Source of the DNA: Microbotryum violaceum
Taxonomy: Eukaryota
Direction: 5' to 3'
Assembly (NCBI GenBank): GCA_001244265.2
Contig: CDLV01000004.1
Span: 3,534,001-3,598,000, forward strand
Length of the DNA: 64,000 bases
The notes under the pieces were generated by a model, which ran no database searches, was not told where the DNA came from, and saw only the letters and a list, made by a program, of their open reading frames with translations. How positions within the stretch are numbered: position 1 is the stretch's first letter; each line of letters starts with the position of its first letter. Position numbers and translations under genes: made by a program. Shown in pieces: positions 51,962 through 64,000 of this stretch.

Positions 51962-52675
51962 GCTTTTCTGGGGTGTTGTACCTGACACGGTGTGAGTTCA
52001 ATGCTGCGTGGTCGGAGCGCTGTTCTCAGGTTGACGGACACTGATATTGCATCCGCGTCTTGCAAATCAGGTCTCGATTTAGAACCCTGTAGTATAGTTG
52101 TCTGACATCCCAAGTGCTATGTGAGGGAAGCGTATGTATAAAGTTGATCACCGCCGGCAGGTACCATGCGCTCGGCCACGAGGCCCGCCTCAATGTGAGG
52201 ATCACATGCACTGTCTAGTCACGCCTCAAAACGCCTGTGCTCTAAGGGTTTCACTTGTCCCACCTGACGTACTATCGAAGGAGCGCGAACACATTGCCGC
52301 ACTTGACCTCGTGCCGTCGCCACCTCGGAAGACTTTTTGGCTGTCCTGAAAAGGGTGTACATCACGGCGAAATGTGTGCAGGTGTTGGACTCACAGGGGC
52401 TGGGGTCGACGAAGCCAACATCGAGCATTTGCGGAACAAGAGTCGCCTAGAGCTTGCACGGCCGCGTTCGTGCCGAGCGGTTCCATGTCACCGTCGGCGA
52501 GTGGAGTTCGATAGCTGTCTACGCGCAGCCAAATCAGTCGATCCCTGTCATGAGTTTCATCTCCGAACACTTTGTCGTCGGCGTCGACAGACAAAAAGCG
52601 GATGAACCCCAAGCTGAGAATTCAGCACCTCATGCGATCGACATACACAACTAGCGCCTTCCAATGAGCTACCAT

Positions 52676-54040
52676 TTAGAAAACCGGTAAGTCAAGCTCC
52701 TGCCCGCTGACTCCGGCCGCTTCGGCATTCGCCAACATCCTTTTCATCACCTCGTGCTTCACAGTAGTATCGGGTCCTTCCTCATCATCCCAGTCAACTG
52801 ATTGCGCCCAGCCTTTGTTGGCGATCTTACGCATCAGTTGTACGACTCCGTTCGATTTGGCCATTAGCGCAGGGGCCTTGATGTCACCCAAGCATTGTGG
52901 ATCGGGGTGCAGTGCAAGATGATCGAGATTACTTGCACTCAAGCCGCGTGAAACGTTGATCCTGTTTATAAGCTTGATATTGGGTAAGTACTGGCACGTG
53001 CGAAGGATAGATGCCTCAACCTCGAGTTACTGACGTAAAATACCGAAGGTGCATTGTCAGCCTTCTCAAGTTCGTCAAATGTCCAAGTAGAGTATCAAAC
53101 GATCCCTCGAATTCGGGCGAGTTGACCAACCACTCGAGTTCGAGCAAGCCATCGTTGAGGCTTTCGACGAATCGAGGCAGGCTAAAACTGTCTTTGTTTC
53201 CGACGCCACTGAGGACAATCGCCACCCCGGGGCCCACTGCAAGCCTGGATGATGCTCACAGCTAAATTACATTCGTTGCAACTATGTTAATTTATTTGGG
53301 CTCACTTACTTTCTGAGGTTCGGGCAGCCGCCCTGAAGCATCCCGAAGAACAGGACCGAGACTTTGCCCGAACGAAGCGTCAATTCGCGCAGGCCCCCTG
53401 TGATCAGATGGGTCCTAACCGAAGGCTGTCCCGGTGTTATCGAAAACATCAGCATAGGTCTCATTCAACTCATAGTCCAAGCTGACTCACCGCTTGGGTG
53501 TTCATGCGCCAAATCGAGTGCAGCTGCTCAATAAATTCACGCTTGACCAAGTCAATTCTCGAGGAGCGTCAAGCTCTGCAGCTCGGAGCCGAGGGCACTT
53601 TGAATCGCGAGACCTTGCGGTCCGCCGATCCAGGGGCCGTCGAAGTGGTGGGTATAGAACTGGCGAGGAGGCCGAGAGTGAAGCGCATTGTAAAAGACCC
53701 GCCAAATTTCACTGGAGCAGATTTCTGGAAGCTCAAGCTTCCGGATCGAGGGGCAATGGTAGAGGATCCGCTTCAGAGCGTGCGCGAACCAGCTCATTGC
53801 CGTTAGTCGAAGGCTGTACACCACGGGGATAAGCGTGGGGTCGGGGGTTCCTAGACTTGTGTATGCGTTGACAAAAGCGTCTACTGTGGTAGTGCTAAAC
53901 GGTTGCGATTGGAACTTGTGCGCCGAACGCGACAGGAGAGGAGAGAGAGCGACGACGGGGACGGGCCGTACGCGAGAGGGGCAAAGCGCGCGCGGGGGAA
54001 TTGCCGGCGCCGAGATGGGAGAAAGGGGAGGCGAGAGAGT
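52676..54040 (-). pseudogene. LRR/F-box-like multi-exon gene, likely pseudogene
   Basis: ILYHCPSIRKLEL, LQSLTLLEN*, GCPNLR, LTNLRRLTM (RNI-like repeats). In-frame stop at ~53552 and a solo LTR at its 5' side. Confidence 0.45.
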
Positions 54041-54046
54041 TTGAAC

Positions 54047-54249
54047 TGTCAGAGTGTATATTGCTGTTTCATCCCACTTCTATTACCGATCACGATTAGT
54101 TACTAGTTGTTGATATTAGTCGCCTCGCGCGGCTATTGCTTGCCTCGCGCGCTCCTACTCTGCGCTTCTCTTCTTTCTCCAACTGTCTTTACTATCATCC
54201 TCGGCTCTTGTACTAAACGTATCTTGTGCCTCGGCTTTAGGTTCTAATA
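54047..54249 (+). mobile_element. Copia solo LTR with 5-bp TSD
   Basis: TSD TGAAC at 54042-54046 and 54250-54254. The first ~67 bp match the LTR at 13276-13342 (-). Confidence 0.88.
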
Positions 54250-55770
54250 TGAACGGGGACAAAAGACTCGGAGACTTGGACGCTTGAACACTTGAACACT
54301 TGAAAACACACACACACTCAAATTCCCAACAATGAAACCGTGAGATCTAACCAGCACCAACCGTATGGCCTGAATTCCTCCTGAAGTGATCTACCTAAGA
54401 AAGAGAGCAAACCGAGTCCCGTCGAGCCACAAAAGTCCCCAAGTCCCCCTTGTCCGTTACGCTGTCCCCTCCCCTGAGCTGGCCTTGCGCTGCCCCGAAG
54501 TGGCCCGCCGCCCCCTCTGCTCTGCTACCTCCTACAATTCGCAACCCTTCCGAGGTACCAGGATTCTCGAACTCAATGATACACGAGATGTTCCGATAAA
54601 CTAGTTATACTTGTCCTTTGTTTGACCCTCCGCCTCTTGTGCCCGAAGGTGTTGCTCAGACAATCTGAGACTTATCTCCTTCCAATGCCTTTGGCCTTCG
54701 CAAAGTAGGGTAGCCAGAGCCAGGAGTCCACTAGCGCTCAGGGACAGGATCGAAGGTAGTCGCGCGCGCGGGAAGGATTGCCTCATCCGGCGCCGGGTCA
54801 ATCGAGTCACAGTTGTCGTCGGTGAGTCGTCGGTCGTGCACAAAGGAGATCTGGCCATCAAAAGCTTGGATCGAGAAAGTCACACTCGTTGCAGGTGGCG
54901 CTGTGGAGTGAGCACGCCGAACCATCGAACACCCGTTTAGCGTGGCGGAGCTCGACAGTCAATTGGGTGCACGATCCGGACTGCCACACTACTTGCAGAT
55001 ATGACGTCAAGTAGACATTTCTGTACAGGAGTGAAATGGTCTTAAGAGACTCGAAATCGCGGTTAGTTATGCAGAGTTCTGAAAGAAAGACGATTTGTTT
55101 TAAGCATCATGTCAACGGACCATGCGACACCATTAACGCGACACGGTTAGACAGAGGAGACGATCTGAGTAATCAGGCCTGCGCGCCGTCACAGACCACC
55201 GTTAATTCACATGTTCGACTTCATCGTCTCACGGTATTACTCACCCATCCTCCTCCACAGCGGGCAAAAAGGAAGCCCAAGATTCTATGAATCACTTCGG
55301 CCGCCGATTGTCGCGTCTTGACGCGAGGTTGCCACAACTGCTGGCACTCCTCCGCGTACTCTTGCTTCACCTCTACACATGATCGTTGTCGAAGTGTCAT
55401 ATTTGAAGTAGATGAGTATCGTCAAGTGATGACTTTGCGATGGACGGACGCTCTTGAGCTGTCGTAGAGGTGAGGAAACGCTTCGCGCTAGGCTGTTGAA
55501 GCTCGTGAGCAGCGGCGGTGCGATGCGAAATGTGTCTCACCGTCTTGAAACGTTGTCGGGCCGCTGAGCCGTAAATCACGCCGCTGCACAGTACACAGCC
55601 CGCCAAGGGTCTTTGAAAACAAAGAAGACAAAGAATGGGCACTCAATAATGCATGTATTAATGTTTAGTCTACATAGTACTGACCCCTGCGCAAATTTCT
55701 CAATCCACTAGTCAACTAAGAAGCGAGCTTCTGTCGCCCCTGTGCGTGCCTTCCGCCTTCAAATCTGCGC

Positions 55771-57200
55771 TCACGCCTTGGCGGCCGACGGGGCTTCATA
55801 TCGCACACCCGCATCAAGTCTAGCCTTGGCCAGCGCCAATATTCTTTTTACATCCTCATAACCGATGAACGAATCGATGCCGTTCCTTTCCTCCCATTCC
55901 ACCCCCAATGACGAAAATTCGATCATGGCAATGCCAAGTGCGCGCACGATTTCTTCCGATCTGGCCACAGGCGCAGGAGCATCGATTCTACCGAGGGCTC
56001 GTGACGAGGGAATCAAAGCGAGACGCTGAAGCTTGTTGTCGCTCAATGTCTGAGCAAGGACGAGGCTGTGGGAGGGGAACAGATCGAGTTTGACCTATCG
56101 TCATCTGCGCATACTATTCAGAGAGCTGCACTGACGAGAAGAATTGGAGGGGGACCCCAAGTTCCTGCAGTCTGGGTAGGATGTCGAGAATGGTATCGAA
56201 AACGCTGGCCGCAGCCTGTGTCAGAGGAATTCCCCTGCCCCAATAAAAATTGCGCATTGTGACGGGGTTGAGAGATTGGATGAATTGAGCCATGTCGAGC
56301 TGCACAACAGATGGCCTGTGGTTGATCATGACTACCCATGGCTCAATGACGAGTCTGCGACGGAACTCAAAGGATCAGGTACTGTGGGCGTGCAACTCGA
56401 CTAAACTCACGTCTCAAGTAATGGGCAGTTCTGGGTAATGGCGAACATGAATTTGGCTGAGACGTGTCCGTCTGCAAGTAGTTCACGGAGGCCGTGCCAG
56501 CGGCTGTACGCGTGATGTGAGATACTTTAGCGTTAGTTTAGATGCTCAGCGCGCAAACTTACTTACCGTGAATGCATTCATGCGCCAGATTGGCGCCACT
56601 AGCTTGATCACCTCGCTTGTCACCATTCGCAAATCCGCATCTTCAAAGTCTCCAATTCTGGACCTAGAGCGCTGAGAAGGGCGAAGCAGCCTTGGGCTCA
56701 CCGGCCATGAAAGACGCTTCAAAATGCCGCGGACGGATCGATACGGTGGTCGATCCGCTAATCGATTCGGTGGTCGATCCGCTAATCGATTCGGTGGTCG
56801 ATTCGGTGGTCGATTCGGTGGTCGATTCGGTGGTGGATCCGAATTTCGCATACAAAATCTACCAAATCGGTAGTGGGTAGCAACCCACGATCGCCAGACG
56901 TCGAACTCAGGCGCAATTGTCGAGGATTGATGGTAGATGGTTCTCGAGAGATCGGCATTCGCCCAGTTCGTCGAGATACAGTCTCCATACCCAGGGTCCG
57001 ATGTGAGGGTGGGAACTGGAAGAAGCTCTTTTCGCGAATGCCTTTACTCTACCGTACGACGAGAGATAGATGTCGGCATAGAAAAGAGGGCCCTGTGAAA
57101 GGCAGTCAACCCCCGGCAGTATACAGGATTAGCCAGATATAGTGGCTTCTGAATATCTTGCCTATCCAGACAAGGACTAGTAAAAGTACGTACGAGCTGC
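55771..57200 (-). pseudogene. Second LRR/F-box-like pseudogene (bounds approximate)
   Basis: RALFYADIYLSSYGRVKAF..VWRLYLD..LPSILDNCA*, ILPRLQELGV, KLQRLALI. Contains stops and a repeat insertion. Confidence 0.35.
56737..56836. repeat. Minisatellite of (TCGATTCGGTGG) / (TCGATCCGCTAA) 12-bp units
   Basis: About 8 related 12-bp units in tandem. Confidence 0.85.
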
Positions 57201-59030
57201 GCAAAAGTTCGATTGACCAAGAGGCAGTTCAGGCCGCTTCGGTACGCGGGTCTGCCATGTGCGTACCTAGTCAGGTGTTCAGTTCCAAGTACACGGACGT
57301 TGAGAAGTAGCTGGGTGATACTGACGCATTTTGCAGCATTTCATCAACGAAGAAGAAGGTCAAGACAATGCAAATAACGTTGGCTGGACAATGTCGCGAC
57401 GGAACATGCTCAACCTTCCCTTTTTCAGGTTCTTGAGCGCGAACAATCCGCTGGGCCGCGCCGTGGCCGGGTTGAAGGTTTGCAACCTGCAGCGGGTTAA
57501 TCTGTGCGCGACCCGTTGTTAAGCATTCAGTTGGTGCGGTGAGCGTGCCAAGCTGAACTGTCGCTGAGGTCGTCCGAATCGCGGTATGTATGGTAGTTGG
57601 GTGCGTCGGGATTCAAGTTTGGTTGGCGGATGAGCAGCCGGTGCAAGATTATTTGGGGTTGACTGAAGGTTCGTTTGCAAAGAAGCGTTTGGAGTAAGAC
57701 TCGACCTTGAATCGGTGATATGCCCGAGGCTTGGTCTCGCTTTTGTAGTCAATCCGACCGTCCTTCTCCTCCAAGAGACCACTCCGAAGCGGCTATTCGC
57801 GTCTGGGTCAACGGCCCGGATGGGCTCCAGGTTCGCCGCAGCTAGTGCTTCGGATATCGTGCGTGGGGGAGGGTGTGGTGAGGCTTTCGCGGCTCAAGCG
57901 GTAGTGGTGGAGAGGCTCGTATGAGAAGTAGCCGTCTGCGCTAGACTCGTGGGCGCCGATGAGAGACGTGTGTCCAACTGAGCGACACTACTAGGACCAG
58001 CAGGTGCCACGAGACTCGCAGCGCCAGTGGCTGGACCTAGTGAAGCAGTTGATACACGCCGTTTCGAACGAGTGCGCGTGACAGGAGCATCACACATTGT
58101 GGGACCGCGAGTCAAAGATGGAAAGGGAAGCGGTGAAGAAGAGAGGGTGTTCGCGTGGCGCTTCGAGCACAGACTCGAGACAGGGGCAAAGAGTGCGAAG
58201 TCGGTGCGAGTCGAGTTCGAGACCGGGCAGCTTCCGTCTCTTTTCATTTTGATTTTCACTTTCGGCTTTTGGCGGCGTTCAGCGAACCGAACAGCAGTCC
58301 TCCACTCCCCCCCATGGGCAGTCCCCTCCAGCAGACCGAGAATCAGCACGTCTTGCAGCAATTTTAAGGTTCGACGACACCGCGCGGTGATCGCGAACAC
58401 TTCCGTAAAAACAAAAATCGTTTGCAGAGAAAGGTAGAAAAATGTGCTCGAAGATGAGGCCAGCAGCAACAAAGCCAAAGGGTTTCCCAGAGTTAACGTG
58501 TAACTCGAATTGGCTGGAGGTTGATGTCGTCAGATTGGTTGCAGGTCCGAGTCGAGTATCGCACACGGTACTCGTCCTCGACACCCTGGACGCTTCTGAT
58601 GTATGCTTCTTTGCATTCCGCTTTGGCCATGTTTCTCATTGTCGGGCGAAAGAACTGGATACGTGTATTCAATCCACGAGGTGATCCCGCCTGCACTCCC
58701 TCCCCAGCGGAACATAGCCCTGTGGATCCAAGCAGGCGAAGCTCGTCGGGATCGAAGTGGCAAGCGCGAGAGAGCCAAATGTGATGCGCTTCAAATCTTT
58801 TTGAAGGAGGAGACCTGACGGAACACTGATGGTGGTATGAAGGGAAGATAGAACGCCTTTCGTGTTCTGTAAGCGGGTTCGGTCCGATTGATAGCAATGC
58901 GCAGCTGACGGCCGTTCGTTCAAGAGATCTGATAGGAGCCGAGTTTTCATGCGATATGGACAGTTCTCTAAATAGGTGCCACTAGATCCGATGAGGAACA
59001 CGTGAGACCGGAGGTACGTCGTACCGCCCG

Positions 59031-59190
59031 CGTGTCGAGTGGAAAGGGTCGTACGGCGTGTCGAGTGGAAGGGTCATACGGCGTGTCTTGACTTTATGTT
59101 ACCACAATCACCCAAGGCTTAGATCGTTGCGTGTTGTGTTCTATTTGGTAACAATCACCCAAGACTTAGATCGTTGCGTGTTGTATTATA
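59031..59190. repeat. Two adjacent tandem duplications (~25 bp and ~47 bp units)
   Basis: GTGTCGAGTGGAA(A)GGGTC(G/A)TACGGC x2 and ACAATCACCCAAG(G/A)CTTAGATCGTTGCGTGTTGT x2. Confidence 0.8.
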
Positions 59191-59313
59191 TTCACATAAT
59201 TTCACCTTTCTTTCCGCGACGCCGCGTCCACTTTGAGCAGCTTCATGTTTGAGCAAGTGAAAAGTGACCACATAGTTGCGATGATTGCGTATATCCTCTA
59301 CACTGCTGTTCTT

Positions 59314-60510
59314 TCATTCTTTGGTCGCCTTTTTGACCTTCTTCGGGCTCCTCGTCTTCCCCTCCCCATCTTTCGAGCCCGATCCTGCGCCTTCTCCCGG
59401 CAGCCCTCCACCCGCCTTGAGTCTCAACGTTTTTTTCTGGTGCTTTGAGAGAGGTGCCGCCGACGTTGATGTAGATGTCGGTTCGACGTCGGACACGGAC
59501 AGCGCTCGCTTCCTCTTCTTCTTGCCTTCGCTGGAGGTCGTTGTGGGTGTGGCCTCGACAGATTTGCCCTTCAACTTGGCCTCCTTTTGGTTGGGTTTGG
59601 ACGAGGTCGTCTGATCATCGAAGCCTGTACGAGACAAATCCAAGCCGAGATCAGATGAAACTGGTCTTTGCCAGCCCAAATGCATGGAAGTCATTTCGTA
59701 GGCGAGAAACATACCCATGAACGGGTCCATCTTGGGTCTCCCATCGGCACCTTCTTGACCTGCTTCTTCGCCTCCGACTTTCCTTCCTTCTTCCCCAAAC
59801 TCTTGGCCACCTCTTGCTCACTACTTGCACTACTACTACTCCCGTTTTCCTCCTCCCCCTCCTCTCCATCAAACCTCGTATGCTTCCCCTTCGGATCGAG
59901 GTTCTTCTTCCCCCAATCACAGCATTGATGAACCTCGTTGCTGCGTTAATGTCCAAATTCGTCCTTTGTACGTTATCGTTGATGGACATGGTTGAAGGAC
60001 CAGCTTCGAGTTCAGTTTGAGGTTGGTTGGTTTGGAGTATACTCGGTTCGGCGCGGTGCAATTTTGAGAAGTAATTTTTTAGACGAGTCTGGGACACAAC
60101 CCAAAAGCAAAACTTAGTTTTAAAGCATTGGTCGCAATGGTCCTGGAACGAACCAATTCTGCCATGACAGGATGAGTCGCCGGGTTGATCGCGCAGATTC
60201 TCAAATAGACTGAAACAGCCAAAATAAACGCATCAGTAACTGCACAGTCCACGTGCACAGTCCACGCTCAAGTGATCCACTCGCTCCAAAACTGACCCCA
60301 GATCAAATCATGCACCGTATAAGCCAACATGATCCTCGCATGTGCCCTCTCGATAGGCGAAAGCGCCGTTCCCTGAGTCTCGAGTTGCGCGAAGAGGTCT
60401 GTGAGGGAGGTGCGCGAGGCGAGGAGCGGTGCAAGCGTCGCTTCAAGCTGGTCTACGGTCGTCGAGAGCGTTTCGAGCGTTTTGGAAGGGTCCGCTTCGG
60501 TGAGAGACAT
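59314..60510 (-). CDS. C1D/Rrp47 (Sas10/Utp3/C1D family) exosome cofactor, with two apparent 1-bp frameshifts
   Basis: ERAHARIMLAYTVHDLIW|VYLR..NPATHPVMAEL|TRLKNYFSKL..LDINAATRFI, GKHTRF and a K-rich tail. Confidence 0.8.
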
Positions 60511-60953
60511 GGCGGATCGGTAGATGGTCTGACGTCGGGTGGGATAAGATGGTGGGCTGAGCACGAACGGAGGGGAGCCATGCTCGGCTGCGAAGCCGGC
60601 CGCGTCACGCGGGGTGTGATTACTAATTCAGGAAAGCGTCGAGCGGTAACCAAATTGGAAATTGTTTTTCTCGACGCTAAACCAAATTGGAAACTGTTTT
60701 TCAGTGTCATAGTAATCGGGACTTTCGAGGTCAACGATTCGTGTGTTGTCCGCTACAGCACACACTACAGTGCCTACTCGGAGCCTGACACGGAGCAGAC
60801 CGCCGGATTCAAAGCGTTCTCTCGAACCAAAACTACCCATTCCAATCATAGCAATTCGTGCCATAAATTCCGCCAAAACCCTCCTGCACACATTCTGATC
60901 CGATCCCTCAATCTTGGTCCAAAGTGCCTTTTTCAGTATCACTCGTCCTCGGC

Positions 60954-62973
<2,020 letters not shown>

Positions 62974-63081
62974 TTTGGTGAGATGGCTGTGAGCGAGGCT
63001 GTGAGGTGTGTGGGTGGCGAGAAGCCAAAGATCCAAAGCGGGCGGCGATCGGAGCTGACTCCGAGCGCGCTTCGAGAAGAC

Positions 63082-64000
63082 GGGTGGGCCGCCCCCCTGG
63101 GGGTGGCGCGCATGCGCTTAGAGTGGAGTAGGCGAGAGAAATGCCTGTTCGCTTCTGCACCTTATTCGTTTCGCTCGAACGGCAGTGCTCATTGCCTCTA
63201 CACTCGCGAAACTTTTCGACCCTATTATTACCGGCAATGACGACTGCTTCGACCTCAACCAACTACCACGCCGAGCTCTTGTCTACAGAGTCGCCGGCGG
63301 CAACTATCGGTGGCGCCGAGGGCGTGCACGTGGCCCCGCTCTTGCCCCCGATGCAACTTTCCGGCGCCCTAGACACGACGGCGTGTACCACTTACGATGG
63401 CGTCTTGTTCGGCATCTCTGCCGAAATGATCAAGTGGGCGAAGGATCGCAAGGATCCTCCGATGTCGTGTCTGTCACGTCATCAACAAGTCAAGATGAGT
63501 CTGGATTATGATGTGGGTTTCAAGGCGCGGATGGAGGCGGGTCTGGTCTTCGACGGCTGCCTGCCGCGCACGCAGTGGCAAGACGCGCGCTATTCTTACG
63601 TGCTCCTGATAAAGGAAGCGGTCGACCTGATGACGGCCTCGATCATTGTCGGAGGCGCACAGTCGCCTTCGGAGATGTTTGACCGGTACTTCGAGTCGGT
63701 TGCGATGCGGACCTGTGACTTGAATTGGTCCATCATGAGGAAATACGACTTGACGGTTCGTTCTTTGTGGTGGTCGGGGTTCAAGGTCTCGAAGATAAAG
63801 GTTTTCGGACCCTTCGACCAGTCGATCATGGCTCAGGTCTCGGCTGCCCTCAACGTGCCCGCCATGAAGTGGGCTGAGCTCGCGGCCGAGCACCAGTCAT
63901 CGTGGGCCCGGGCGATGGAGCGCCCGGTAGACGATCTCATCGAGGCGCGTGGCCGCATTCAAGCCATGGAGGACGCAACGCTGGGGGGCGAAGATTGGAA
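63082..64000 (+). mobile_element. Second DIRS/Ngaro-like copy (5' end and gag), runs off the window
   Basis: Near-identical reverse complement of 18877-19795. Confidence 0.88.

Noticed and set aside
56737-56836. Possible CRISPR-like array
   Set aside because: 12-bp tandem units without unique spacers, in a eukaryotic context with no cas genes.
58493-59001. Possible alpha/beta-hydrolase C-terminal fragment
   Set aside because: Resemblance is weak and frameshifted; not supportable without a profile search.

Overview
Intron-rich fungal DNA, most consistent with a basidiomycete of the Pucciniomycotina/Microbotryum type (inference). The window holds the homeodomain mating-type gene pair, HD2 (48830-50371, -) and HD1 (50621-51961, +), which are divergently transcribed next to an intact XRN2/RAT1 gene. 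The first ~44 kb is a nested pile of decaying transposons: a CACTA/EnSpm-like element, a hAT derivative inserted into a GT71 mannosyltransferase pseudogene, Copia, chromodomain Gypsy, DIRS/Ngaro-like, Helitron and a KDZ transposase. The right side has LRR/F-box-like relics, a C1D/Rrp47 gene and a class III alcohol dehydrogenase with apparent inactivating lesions. The most unusual observations are: (1) a ~200-bp mobile element in two copies with variable-length target-site duplications (13 and 5 bp), built from a long hairpin followed by a tRNA-like cloverleaf at its 3' end, the reverse of normal SINE architecture; (2) a 3.57-kb fold-back inverted duplication of one dead Copia insertion, traced through its split TSD; (3) a recombinant Gypsy joining two unrelated insertion sites; (4) a KDZ transposase gene ending in a Helitron terminator. 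All family calls come from motif recognition only; no database searches were run.
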